64,000 nt of DNA from an uncultured Burkholderiales bacterium (GCA_964561855.1 CAZLQP010000004.1:1341-65340); one strand, 5' to 3'. Counted from the stretch's first letter, positions 37,367-46,795 are shown. Numbers and translations are program-made. Notes: a model not told the origin generated them from the letters alone.

Positions 37367-38635
37367 GTGGTGAAGAAGTATATTTTATGTGCCGTTGTGG
37401 TCCTGTCAGTTGTAATTGCGGGATGCTCCTCATCTGAAGATACCGAACCAATGGTGTTAGGCGTACAAGCCGGTCAAAGTATCCAAGAAGTTATCAATGC
37501 TGCAAAACCGGGAGACGTAATTCTTATTGACCCAGGGACCTATGAAGGTGAGATTGTAGTAAATACTGAAGATATTACTATCCGAGGTAAAGACCGAAAC
37601 AATGTAGTAATCGATGGTGAGTACGAACAAGACAATGGAATTGTCGTTGCAGCAGATGGTGTGCGAATTGAAAATCTCACAGTGCAACGTTTTCGCACAA
37701 ATGGTGTACTCGTCGCAGGTGGATATAATGATGAAGTTCTAGAGGCTAATGAAGATTCTGTAGTCTCGAGATTCCTGGTTGAATACGTTAATGCTATGAA
37801 CAACGGACTCTATGGAATCTACGCTTTTTCTGCAACTGAAGGAACCATTGCAAATACATTTACTCGAGCAAATGCTGATGCTGGCATTTATGTTGGTCAA
37901 TGTAAACCTTGCAATACACAGGTGTACAACAACATTGCATATGTAAATGGAATCGGATTCCAAGGTGCTAATAACAGCGAAGGTATGTATATCTTCAACA
38001 ATAATTTCTCAAACAATAGAACCGGTATTCAAATATTAAGTGAAACCAAAGAACGACTCTCGCCACAAACAAGCGCGAACATAGTTGGCAATAGAACGGA
38101 TTCAAATAATAATGCCGATGCTCCTACAACTACTTCAGATATTTTTGGCTTTGGAATAATAATTGTCGGCGGTGAAAATAATTTCATCGAAAGGAACAAA
38201 GCTGACAGTAATGTGCAGGCCGGAATCCTAATTATTTCAACAGAAGACTTTTCCGCCAAAAATAACACAATAGATTCAAACTCTGCTCTAGGAAATGGAA
38301 GCCCATTTGGTTTCGACATCGGTTATCTTTTTGAAGGTAGAACAGAGGTTCAAAAACTCGGCAATTGTTTCAAGAACAATACTTTTGCTTCTTCATCCAT
38401 AGAAAGGATCCAACAGGTGCTTTCTTGCGATGCAGACTCAAACGAGCTGATTAGATTCAAACCATTGCGTCCATATGATGTACCACAAGCGCCAAACTAT
38501 AACGATATAGGAATCGAAGTTCAATCTCGAGAAGGTAAGCCTGGAGACATTACTGCAATTCCTAAAAAGCTTGAAAAAGTTGAATTTATAGATCTAAAAG
38601 AATTGAAGCTCCCAAATGGCAATACAGGTATTTAA
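37367..38635 (+). CDS. Lipoprotein with right-handed parallel beta-helix repeats (NosD/pectate-lyase-fold-like)
   Basis: GTG start and lipobox VVIAGCSS. PGDVILIDPGTYEGEIVVNTEDITIRGKDRNNVVIDGE is the typical N-cap of such beta-helix proteins, followed by repeated N/G-rich turns. Confidence 0.65.
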   Translation: MVKKYILCAVVVLSVVIAGCSSSEDTEPMVLGVQAGQSIQEVINAAKPGDVILIDPGTYEGEIVVNTEDITIRGKDRNNVVIDGEYEQDNGIVVAADGVRIENLTVQRFRTNGVLVAGGYNDEVLEANEDSVVSRFLVEYVNAMNNGLYGIYAFSATEGTIANTFTRANADAGIYVGQCKPCNTQVYNNIAYVNGIGFQGANNSEGMYIFNNNFSNNRTGIQILSETKERLSPQTSANIVGNRTDSNNNADAPTTTSDIFGFGIIIVGGENNFIERNKADSNVQAGILIISTEDFSAKNNTIDSNSALGNGSPFGFDIGYLFEGRTEVQKLGNCFKNNTFASSSIERIQQVLSCDADSNELIRFKPLRPYDVPQAPNYNDIGIEVQSREGKPGDITAIPKKLEKVEFIDLKELKLPNGNTGI

Positions 38636-39368
38636 ATCCAAAGCACTGACTCTGTTTTTAATTGTTGCGATTACTTTTTTGAGCGCATGCACAACGTCTT
38701 CCAAAGATGAAGAACCAACTACAACTTCAGATTCTGTTCCCAGGACTGTCAACAATGAAGAAGCACAATTACTTTCTAGAGTTCTTTATGAAAATCATTT
38801 GGCAAAGAATGCATCGTTTGTTGCTCGTTCGGGAGATCTTTCAACTGAAGGTTTTATTGCTCAAGGAAAAGTCGATTGGGAATCGAAAACGGTATCAATG
38901 CAAGTCTCTCTAGCCGATCCTTCAATAGTTGATTTAACATCAGTTAGTACTGAAGTGAATGTTCTGGAAAATTACCTAGGATTAGATCCAGCGATTCCTT
39001 GGGTGCGTAGAAGTCTTGATCCGCAGACTTTCGGGATAGATGCACTTTCATTATTCGTTATCAAACTTGCCTCTGAATCTGCAGATAATCCATTGTTGAT
39101 AAGACAAGATGGAGCCCAATTTTTGGGAGTAGAAACCACTTCAGGTGTAGATACTTTGATGTTGAAAAGTCCTGGTGGAATTACGTTTTATGTAACCGTA
39201 GAAGGGGAGTTGAAGAAGGTAAAAGCACAAATAAAAGGCTTTGCGAATGATGTCAGCTTTCTATTAAGTGCCTTTTCTCAGACTCAAATCGAGGTCCCTT
39301 CAGATGAAGACATTGTTGAGCTAGATGATGTCAGGACCTTTTATTTGGCGAATCGGCCTAAATTTTGA
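38616..39368 (+). CDS. Lipoprotein, unknown function
   Basis: Lipobox FLSACTTSS. Overlaps the upstream gene by 20 nt (probably co-transcribed). Confidence 0.55.
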   Translation: MAIQVFKSKALTLFLIVAITFLSACTTSSKDEEPTTTSDSVPRTVNNEEAQLLSRVLYENHLAKNASFVARSGDLSTEGFIAQGKVDWESKTVSMQVSLADPSIVDLTSVSTEVNVLENYLGLDPAIPWVRRSLDPQTFGIDALSLFVIKLASESADNPLLIRQDGAQFLGVETTSGVDTLMLKSPGGITFYVTVEGELKKVKAQIKGFANDVSFLLSAFSQTQIEVPSDEDIVELDDVRTFYLANRPKF

Positions 39369-39467
39369 TCAGGAAAAATTTTTAGAAAAAGTGCTTTAAA
39401 TACCGTATTTGTTGATTCAAATGTGCAAGTATTTCTATACAACCACAAATCCATTGGAGGATATAAA

Positions 39468-39923
39468 GTGAATAGAAAAGAACTAGTTGCAGAAATCGCA
39501 GAACGCGCCGAACTAGAAAAGAAAAAAGCAGATGAAGTTTTACAACATGTTGTAGAAATCATCACAGCAAAAGTTGCTAAAGGTGAAAACGTTGCGATTC
39601 CTGGATTCGCAAAGTTCGCACGTGTAGATCGTAAAGCTCGCATGGGCCGTAACCCAGCAACAGGTGAAACAATAAAAATCAAAGCTTCACGTAAAGCTCG
39701 AATCACACCGCTAAAGGCTTTTAAAGATGCAGTTCTAACTGGAAAAGCTCCAGCAACAAAGGTTGCAAAACCAGCTGCTAAAAAAGCTGCGGCTAAAAAA
39801 CCAGCTGCAAAGAAAGCTCCAGCTAAAAAAGCAACAGCTAAGAAAGCTCCAGCAAAGAAAGCTCCAGCTAAAAAAGCAACAGCTCGTAAATCAGCTGCAA
39901 AGAAAACAGCGAAAAAACGCTAA
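39468..39923 (+). CDS. hup: HU-family nucleoid protein with C-terminal Lys/Ala/Pro repeat tail (actinobacterial HupB/Hlp type)
   Basis: GTG at 39468 is preceded by GGAGGA. The HU fold is (V)NRKELVAEIAERAEL...FARVDRKARMGRNPATGETIKIKAS, followed by an (P)AAKKA / APAKKA repeat tail. The ORF-track start 39423 is judged over-extended. Confidence 0.9.
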   Translation: MNRKELVAEIAERAELEKKKADEVLQHVVEIITAKVAKGENVAIPGFAKFARVDRKARMGRNPATGETIKIKASRKARITPLKAFKDAVLTGKAPATKVAKPAAKKAAAKKPAAKKAPAKKATAKKAPAKKAPAKKATARKSAAKKTAKKR

Positions 39924-39954
39924 CCTTTTTCTGGGGGTCTGATCCCCCAAAAGG
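39924..39954. repeat. Single REP, family B (GGGGGTCTGATCCCCC) nested in a CCTTTT/AAAAGG stem
   Basis: CCTTTTTCTGGGGGTCTGATCCCCCAAAAGG directly after the hup stop. Same core as 59039..59054. Confidence 0.8.
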
Positions 39955-39960
39955 TATATA

Positions 39961-39998
39961 AGGTCCGCCCTTTTCGAGAGAAAAGGACGGACTTTTTT
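39961..39998 (+). terminator. Intrinsic terminator after hup (family D-like GGTCCGCCC hairpin)
   Basis: AGGTCCGCCCTTTT-CGAGAG-AAAAGGACGGACT followed by TTTTTT. Confidence 0.7.
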
Positions 39999-40094
39999 AT
40001 TTCTAAATAAGAGTTGAGTAATAGTCGATGCTAACAATAACAAGCAATCAGGGCTGGTGGCGTTTAAGCTATTAGCTCCTGAACAAAAGGAGAA

Positions 40095-41312
40095 ATGATG
40101 TCAGGTTTTACACTCGATCTAACAGATGAACAATTGCAGATTAAAGATTGGGTTCATGAGTTTTCGGAGAACGTCATTCGCCCTGTTGCACATGAATATG
40201 ACGAAAAAGAAGAGACCCCTTGGCCAGTCATCGAAGAAGCAGCAAAGACTGGTTTGTATTCACTAGATTTTCTTGCACAAGCTTTTGCTGACCCTACAGG
40301 TATTACTTTACCGATTGCAATGGAAGAACTTTTCTGGGGTGATGCAGGTATTGGTCTTTCAATCATGGGAACAGCTCTAGGTGTTTCTGGAATTATGGGT
40401 AACGGCACTCCAGAACAAATCGGTGAATGGTTGCCACAATGTTTCGGTACACCTGACAAAGTCGCATTGGCAGCATTTGCAGTTTCTGAACCTGATGCTG
40501 GTTCAGATGTGAGTTCACTTCGCACTCGCGCTGTATATGATGAAGCAAAAGATGAATGGGTTTTAAACGGAACTAAAACTTGGATAACGAATGGTGGTAT
40601 TGCTGACATTCATGTTGTTGTTGCGAGCGTTGAGCCAGAATTAAAAGCTCGAGGACATGCAAGCTTTGTTATTCCAAAAGGAACACCGGGACTTTCCCAA
40701 GGACAGAAATTTCAAAAACACGGTATCCGTGCAAGCCACACTGCAGAAGTAGTCTTAGAGGATGTGCGTGTACCAGGATCATGTTTATTAGGTGGCAAAG
40801 AAAAACTCGATGAGCGTTTAGCAAAAGCTAAAGAAGGAAAATCGACTTCTAACCAAGCAGCGATGAGTACCTTTGAAGCGTCGCGTCCGTTAGTTGGAGC
40901 ACAAGCGATTGGAATTGCGAGAGCAGCATATGAGTACGCATTGCAATATGCGAAAGAGCGTGTACAGTTTGGCAGACCAATAATCCAAAACCAATCAATT
41001 GCGTTTTCACTGTCTGATATGGTGACCGAAATCGATGCAGCGAGACTTTTGGTGTGGCGCGCATGTTGGATGGCAGCAAATGGAAAACGTTTTGTTGCAG
41101 GTGAAGGTTCAATGAGTAAATTAAAAGCCGGTGAAGTAGCAGTTGACGTTACCGAAAAAGCGATTCAAATTCTTGGTGGTTATGGTTATACAAGAGAATA
41201 TCCTGTAGAGCGCTGGCATCGAGATGCAAAAATATACACAATTTTCGAAGGAACATCAGAAATTCAAAGGCTAGTAGTTGCTCGTGCGATCAGCGGTGAG
41301 AAGATTTCTTAG
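40095..41312 (+). CDS. Acyl-CoA dehydrogenase
   Basis: 405 aa: [16 protein letters not shown], catalytic-base region [19 protein letters not shown]. Confidence 0.9.
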   Translation: MMSGFTLDLTDEQLQIKDWVHEFSENVIRPVAHEYDEKEETPWPVIEEAAKTGLYSLDFLAQAFADPTGITLPIAMEELFWGDAGIGLSIMGTALGVSGIMGNGTPEQIGEWLPQCFGTPDKVALAAFAVSEPDAGSDVSSLRTRAVYDEAKDEWVLNGTKTWITNGGIADIHVVVASVEPELKARGHASFVIPKGTPGLSQGQKFQKHGIRASHTAEVVLEDVRVPGSCLLGGKEKLDERLAKAKEGKSTSNQAAMSTFEASRPLVGAQAIGIARAAYEYALQYAKERVQFGRPIIQNQSIAFSLSDMVTEIDAARLLVWRACWMAANGKRFVAGEGSMSKLKAGEVAVDVTEKAIQILGGYGYTREYPVERWHRDAKIYTIFEGTSEIQRLVVARAISGEKIS

Positions 41313-41492
41313 GTTCTCGGTTGAAAGATATATATTGAATTAAGCGAATAACTCTATATTTCGCGTCTACCTATTCTTTTTGTCTTTAATTAGTTCTAAA
41401 GCACTATTGAATTTTCGCATGGATGAGCCGACAATATAAGCATCTGGCTTGCAACCATTGTCGGATGAGTAAATGATATATAAGGATAAAAG

Positions 41493-42944
41493 TTGAGCTT
41501 GAAAAGAAACTTTCTTAAGCATTTTATGCCACTCTTATTAGTGGTTGCTGTTTTGATTTCTGTATTTACTACTGCGACCAATGTATCTGTAGAAAATGAT
41601 GAAGAGCTAGTGAAGAATGAGTTAGAGATTAAACCGGCTAGTGTTTCTAGGCCGATGGCTCCCGTTGCTAACCCAGCGACCCGTTGTGGTCCTCGCGGTG
41701 TAACTAGGTTGTTCATTATGGTGGATAGGTCTCACTCTGTTATGAACTTTGCTAGTGGAACATTTTCGAATGTGAATGCAACCAAAATTGCATTACAAAT
41801 TCTCGTTGATACAATTGGAATGCAAGCGCAGGCTAATGGAACTGAGGCATATATTTATATAACAGCTTTTGCAGATACAGCTGTTTGGCAAAATGGTCCA
41901 GATCGATACGGGAATGATTTCTTCAGCTGGATCAATAACACAAATATTGCCAATCCGGCAGTAAGAGAACATGTAAAAAGGGACGTGATCGGTTCTAATG
42001 ACGATGGTATTTATTTCAGACGTTCATATACCCAGCCTGCCTACAAAGTGGTGCCAGGTAATCCTGTAGCTACTAATCAAAATAGGATACGTGGATATCA
42101 AGACCGACCAGGTAACGGCGGATATACTAATTTCCAAGCTGCGCTTGAAGCCGGACAAAACTATGCGAGATTGTTTTCGACTTCTTCAGCTGGACCAGAT
42201 GATGATGTAGATCTTTATTACATGATCACTGACGGGTTTCCTACCAGCAACTTTTTAGATCCACGTGGTGGAAGCACAACTGTTTCAGACTTTAATGACA
42301 TTATGACAGGGCAAGGTGCTGCAAACGGACTCAAACTAGGAGCTTTTGGAACAATAGCTCCAGGACCCGTGAAGGCAATTCTTGTAGGGAATATGGCTTC
42401 AGACGGAACTTCAAATAGCCATATGAACACAGTATTTGGGCCAGGAAATTTTAGGTCCGTCCCGAACTACGCAAACTTAGTCTCTGAAATTTCAGGACAA
42501 ATTAGGGATAATCTTTGTTCAAGCAGGCCTGTCCCAGTAAATCCTTCTATCCAAGTCGTGTCTGCAAGACCGGTACCCTCTGCTGTCGAGGAAGGTAGAC
42601 AAGGGTCTATTGAAGTTACAGTTCGAAATAACGGTGATGTCGATTTAACACATGTTACGGCGCGTATTCAAAGACTGGTAGGAAGTACTGCAACTAATTA
42701 TTCTCCAGAATTGTGGTTAATACCTTTTCCTGGACGTTTTAGTGTAGGAGAAACTAGAACATTTAGACTAACCCATCCAATCGATGTACCTTTTGGTGTA
42801 TTAGATCCTTTGACATTCAGAATTAGTATTAATAGTACAGCAATACTTGGACCTTCTAACGTTGTCGTCTCGGGAAGTCCGAACCCATCTACAACTAGTG
42901 AGATCGTGCGGTTCGACGTGATTAGAATTCCACTACCGTCCTAA
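41493..42944 (+). CDS. Membrane-anchored/secreted von Willebrand factor A (vWA) domain protein with C-terminal CARDB/Ig-like domain; paralog of 54900..56438
   Basis: TTG start (alternative ATG 41526) and an N-terminal TM helix. MIDAS-like IMVDRSHSV, then YIYITAFADTAVWQNGPD, MITDGFPT and a beta-sandwich-like GSIEVTVRNNGDVDLTHV. Ends ...IRIPLPS. Confidence 0.65.
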   Translation: MSLKRNFLKHFMPLLLVVAVLISVFTTATNVSVENDEELVKNELEIKPASVSRPMAPVANPATRCGPRGVTRLFIMVDRSHSVMNFASGTFSNVNATKIALQILVDTIGMQAQANGTEAYIYITAFADTAVWQNGPDRYGNDFFSWINNTNIANPAVREHVKRDVIGSNDDGIYFRRSYTQPAYKVVPGNPVATNQNRIRGYQDRPGNGGYTNFQAALEAGQNYARLFSTSSAGPDDDVDLYYMITDGFPTSNFLDPRGGSTTVSDFNDIMTGQGAANGLKLGAFGTIAPGPVKAILVGNMASDGTSNSHMNTVFGPGNFRSVPNYANLVSEISGQIRDNLCSSRPVPVNPSIQVVSARPVPSAVEEGRQGSIEVTVRNNGDVDLTHVTARIQRLVGSTATNYSPELWLIPFPGRFSVGETRTFRLTHPIDVPFGVLDPLTFRISINSTAILGPSNVVVSGSPNPSTTSEIVRFDVIRIPLPS

Positions 42945-42959
42945 GCTTGAACAGGAACG

Positions 42960-43565
42960 CTAGTCTGAAATACCTCTTAAGCCCTTCCATGCAAGATCTC
43001 CAACCCACTGGTGGAGTTCATCGTCGCTGATTTTCTTTTCACCTGATAGGTAATTGAATCTTGCAGCAGATTCCGCCATTCCTATTAAGGCGTGTGCGAT
43101 TAGTCGTCGTTCCTCTGATGGAAGGTTTTCGATGATCAACGAAGTTACAGCATCGGCGAAACGATCGAGCACGTTGTTGGTCACTTCTGCAAAGTCGGTG
43201 TCATTACGTGCTGAGGTACCAAAAAGTAATCTGAAGCTTGAGTCATCGTTACGCACAAAATCAAAGTATGCAATAAAGCCCTTAGTCATTTGTTCTCTAA
43301 GAGTCTCGCCTTGTTTTGTTGCTTCTATGATCGAGTTAATTAGTCGCTCACCAGAGTCTTCGAGTACGGCAATAAACAATGACCTCTTTGAGGTGAAGTG
43401 TTGGTATAGGACTGGTTTGGTGACTCCTGCTGCATAGGCAATATCATCCATGATTGTGGCGGAAAATCCGCGATCGGCAAATACTCCACAAGCCGTATCA
43501 AGTAATTGCCTTCGTCTGTCGTGGCTTCGCATTCGGGTTCCGGATTTTTTTACCATATTGGCCAT
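42960..43565 (-). CDS. TetR/AcrR-family transcriptional regulator
   Basis: N-terminal HTH RRRQLLDTACGVFADRGFSATIMDDIAYAAGVTKPVLYQHFTSKRSLF. Confidence 0.85.
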   Translation of the reverse strand: MANMVKKSGTRMRSHDRRRQLLDTACGVFADRGFSATIMDDIAYAAGVTKPVLYQHFTSKRSLFIAVLEDSGERLINSIIEATKQGETLREQMTKGFIAYFDFVRNDDSSFRLLFGTSARNDTDFAEVTNNVLDRFADAVTSLIIENLPSEERRLIAHALIGMAESAARFNYLSGEKKISDDELHQWVGDLAWKGLRGISD

Positions 43566-43642
43566 CCTAGTAACTTACTTGTTGGAAACACAATTGAAGA
43601 CTACTTGACAGCGTATTATACAGCCTGTATAATACAGGGTGT

Positions 43643-44014
43643 ATGAAACGTTATGAAGAAAAGCTTTTAGACGACTGGGAATCGGTATTTCGCCAGGGAT
43701 TATTGAGTTTCTGGACATTCTTAGCTATAGAAGATGAGGAAAAGACAGTAGCTGAGATAAGAGAACGAATCTTGGAACTTACCAATAACACTTACCAAAC
43801 TTCTGAACAAGCGCTATATAGAAGTCTTAGAAAATTCTATGACCTAGAGCTGGTGGATTATCGCGAGATTGATACACCAGGTGCCCCAAAGCGCAAGCTC
43901 TATGTGCTCTCAGATGTAGGCAAACAAGTATTCGCCGATTTCTGTAAACGAAATATCTCTCTTTTTTTGAACGAGGACGTAACAAAACATGTCTCAGGAA
44001 AGGACACCAAATGA
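43643..44014 (+). CDS. PadR-family transcriptional regulator
   Basis: Winged-helix pattern GLLSFWTFLAIEDEEKTVAEI...EQALYRSLRKFYDLELVDY...KRKLYVLSDVG. Confidence 0.8.
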   Translation: MKRYEEKLLDDWESVFRQGLLSFWTFLAIEDEEKTVAEIRERILELTNNTYQTSEQALYRSLRKFYDLELVDYREIDTPGAPKRKLYVLSDVGKQVFADFCKRNISLFLNEDVTKHVSGKDTK

Positions 44015-44427
44015 AACTGACAAGAAACTTAATCGCGTTTTTAGTATTAAACATATTCACAACAATTATCTTTGTTACTTCAATGAAGTATGGCTGGGGT
44101 GTGACAAAGATTGAAGAAGGTGACACTGTTATTTATGAAACATGGACGCCACTAGTTTACGGAGCTGTGCTGGTAATCAGTGCATATTTATTTCAAAAGT
44201 TTGATCCAATTAGAGAATCTCGCCTTAACCTTGAATTCTTTTACCATGCATCAATCTATGTAATCGCACTTGTAGGAGCAATTTACGCAGCGATAATTAT
44301 GGAAGCATTTCGTACACCGATGTTCGTTGTAGGGATCTCACTTGTATCAGTATTTACTTTGACTATCCATTTTTTCACAACGAAAAATCGACCAAAAGGA
44401 TTAGATTCGAAATCGGCATTTAAATAA
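44011..44427 (+). CDS. Integral membrane protein co-transcribed with the PadR regulator
   Basis: 4-bp overlap with the padR stop; four hydrophobic helices. Confidence 0.55.
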   Translation: MKLTRNLIAFLVLNIFTTIIFVTSMKYGWGVTKIEEGDTVIYETWTPLVYGAVLVISAYLFQKFDPIRESRLNLEFFYHASIYVIALVGAIYAAIIMEAFRTPMFVVGISLVSVFTLTIHFFTTKNRPKGLDSKSAFK

Positions 44428-44441
44428 GACTTTAATGAGGA

Positions 44442-45458
44442 TCACTCAGAGGATCGAAGCTCCATATCGAAGCGATTTTCAATACCGAAATTGTTCTCGT
44501 AAAGCTCCCACATTTGCTTTGCTTCGTCATCACTCAAGGGGTTGTCGTTTGCTTTAGCGTATTCGCGAACTTCATCGACTGTTAAACAAGTAGGGAACAC
44601 CGTTGCAAAACTTGGCTCTGCCAAAATTCCAGCAATCGCTGCTTGACCGATTGTGCGTCCAGTCTCAGAAGCCCAAAGAAAGCTGAGTGTATCTGCCTTA
44701 TCAAGATTGTCGAGCATATTGTCTTTGACTCGATAAGAACGGTGATCTCCGCTAGCGAGCATTTCATCTAGTGTTTCGTGTGTTACTTTACCTGACAGAG
44801 CATCCGAAGCATGAGGTACGCGAGCCATTTGCGATACATTTCCTGTCGTGCAAGCTTGGTGTTTTGCAAATGTTTTTCCAGGTTCTTGTTCAAGTAAGTT
44901 GTAAACAGTCTGCAGGGAAACAATGTTTCGTTTATCTAAAGATTCGATGCCTTCTTGCTCCCAACCAATTGCAGGTCCTAAAGCGACTCCCAAATAGCGA
45001 ATCTTACCTTGGCTAATTAACATCTCAAAAGTTTCAAATAACTCATCATTTTGTACAGCATCAATACGAACGTTATGTAATTGCATAAGATCAATTGTTT
45101 CTAAACCTAAACGCGAAAGTGACTCTTCTGTTTGTTGAATGATTGATTCGCGAGTCCAGTTGTGTGGACGCTCTGAATGTTCTTTGGGTCGCTCGGCGTG
45201 AATATCGTATCCACATTTTGTGGTAACAATTATTTCATCTTTGTGTTCTTTAATGAACTCAGCCATGATTGATTCGCCAAGACCATTTTCTCCATATGCA
45301 GGCGCAGTGTCGTAAAAATTGATTCCGCTATCGAAAGCTGTTTTGAGCATGTCTGATGCATCATCTGCTTGACCCCACCAATTAGTGGATATCGTCCAAG
45401 TTCCGAATCCGATTTCTGATACTTCGAGGTCGCTTTTACCTAGTTTTCGTGTCTTCAT
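44442..45458 (-). CDS. Aldo/keto reductase
   Basis: MKTRKLGKSDLEVSEIGFGTW, FYDTAPAYG, ...LQLHN. The start is set at ATG 45458. The ORF-track extension to 45650 overlaps pyrB and encodes no AKR-like sequence. Confidence 0.85.
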   Translation of the reverse strand: MKTRKLGKSDLEVSEIGFGTWTISTNWWGQADDASDMLKTAFDSGINFYDTAPAYGENGLGESIMAEFIKEHKDEIIVTTKCGYDIHAERPKEHSERPHNWTRESIIQQTEESLSRLGLETIDLMQLHNVRIDAVQNDELFETFEMLISQGKIRYLGVALGPAIGWEQEGIESLDKRNIVSLQTVYNLLEQEPGKTFAKHQACTTGNVSQMARVPHASDALSGKVTHETLDEMLASGDHRSYRVKDNMLDNLDKADTLSFLWASETGRTIGQAAIAGILAEPSFATVFPTCLTVDEVREYAKANDNPLSDDEAKQMWELYENNFGIENRFDMELRSSE

Positions 45459-45504
45459 GACCTCTATTCTACGCATGCTGCACTTACTAGCTAGAATTGC
45501 GTAA

Positions 45505-46431
45505 ATGACCATTACAGGAGAAAATCCAAGATTTGTACTTAGTGTAGATGACCTAAGTTCCGCCGAAGTTAGAGCAATTTTTGAAAGAGCTTCGCAACTA
45601 AAAGTTAAGGGTTTTACTGATAGTGCAATGATGAATCTTGAGCCAGGCAATGCACCAATGGTGGCTTTGGCATTTTTCGAACCATCTACTAGAACGAAGC
45701 TTTCATTCGATGCTGCTGCGCAAAGACTGGGTTGTAAAACAATTGGTTTTGATAATCCTCAAGCGACTTCTTCTGCAAAAGGAGAGCAACTTGAAGACAC
45801 AATCAAGGTAGTTGAAAAATATGCTGACGTGATTGTGATTCGTCGCAAAGATGAAGACACTCCAAAGATCATTCGAGAAATTGCTACAAAGCCTGTAATA
45901 AGTGCAGGTGTCGGAGCGGTCGAACATCCTACACAAGCATTATTGGATGTTTTCACTATTCAAGAACAGCGAGATATTTCAAGCATCAATCATGTTGTAT
46001 CTTATGGTGATCTCCTAAATTCTCGAACAATGGTTTCGCAAGTAAAGCTATTGGCTCGAGATGGTATTTCATTTTCTTTTGTTGCTGATGACGATATGCA
46101 GATTACAACTGAATTGCATGAAGATTTAGTTTCTCGAGGTGCGAGCGTTTATAAGACAAACAATCTTGATGAAGTTATTGAAGAAGCTGATGTGTTACAT
46201 GTGATTCGACCTCAACGTGAACGTTGGGAAGGAAAAGAACATGGTGCATATAAAGCAATTGATATGCAAATGATTTCTCGGATGAAACAAGATGCATTGG
46301 TAATGCATGCACTTCCTAGAACTGGTGAGCTTGATCCGCAAACTGATTCAGATCCTCGAAGTGTGATTTGGGAACAAGTCAACAATGGTATTTTTGTGCG
46401 AGCCGCGCTCCTAGAATGGATCCTCTCCTAA
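45505..46431 (+). CDS. pyrB: Aspartate carbamoyltransferase catalytic chain
   Basis: FFEPSTRTKLSFDAAAQRLG, EHPTQALLD, PQRERW, MHALPR, and RAALLEWIL at the C-terminus. About 308 aa. Confidence 0.8.
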   Translation: MTITGENPRFVLSVDDLSSAEVRAIFERASQLKVKGFTDSAMMNLEPGNAPMVALAFFEPSTRTKLSFDAAAQRLGCKTIGFDNPQATSSAKGEQLEDTIKVVEKYADVIVIRRKDEDTPKIIREIATKPVISAGVGAVEHPTQALLDVFTIQEQRDISSINHVVSYGDLLNSRTMVSQVKLLARDGISFSFVADDDMQITTELHEDLVSRGASVYKTNNLDEVIEEADVLHVIRPQRERWEGKEHGAYKAIDMQMISRMKQDALVMHALPRTGELDPQTDSDPRSVIWEQVNNGIFVRAALLEWILS

Positions 46432-46438
46432 TTTATTT

Positions 46439-46482
46439 CTATAGGGTCTGACCCTATTTACATATAGGGTCAGACCCTATAG
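46439..46482. repeat. REPIN-like doublet, family C (ATAGGGTCTGACCCTAT)
   Basis: CTATAGGGTCTGACCCTAT-TTACAT-ATAGGGTCAGACCCTATAG, between convergent pyrB and a small membrane gene. Near-identical to 52573..52616. Confidence 0.88.
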
Positions 46483-46485
46483 AAA

Positions 46486-46746
46486 TTAGTAGCCGAGCTT
46501 GCGGTCTTCTTTTTCGGCAGCTGTTATTGCGTAGCCAAAAATTATGGGTAGTGGCAAGATGATGCAGCTTGCAGTAAAGCTGATAATCGACACCCAGGTA
46601 AGCCAGACTGGCCAACCAGTTGCTAAGCAAACGAAAAAAGCGACTATCGATATAACCATCAGACCATAGCCAATGCGCTTAAAGAAGCTGACTTTTTGCC
46701 TTATAGCTTCACGTTTTTCTAAGACCGGATCATCCATTAGCCTCAA
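46486..46746 (-). CDS. Small membrane protein (2 TM)
   Basis: 86-aa ORF with two long hydrophobic helices. Confidence 0.5.
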   Translation of the reverse strand: MRLMDDPVLEKREAIRQKVSFFKRIGYGLMVISIVAFFVCLATGWPVWLTWVSIISFTASCIILPLPIIFGYAITAAEKEDRKLGY

Positions 46747-46795
46747 TTCTAAACGTAAACACCACTAGATTGCCTAGTCAAGATAAGATACTTTC

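Noticed and set aside
39730-39905. Tandem nucleotide repeat (GCTAAAAAAGC/CCAGCTGCAAAGAAAGCT units)
   Set aside because: It lies inside the hup reading frame and encodes the Lys/Ala/Pro tail typical of actinobacterial HU. It is coding low complexity rather than an independent repeat element.
45459-45650. N-terminal 64-codon extension of the aldo/keto reductase ORF
   Set aside because: The extension overlaps the pyrB start on the other strand and has no AKR-like sequence. The internal ATG at 45458 gives the canonical MK.R.LG...S.IG.GTW N-terminus.
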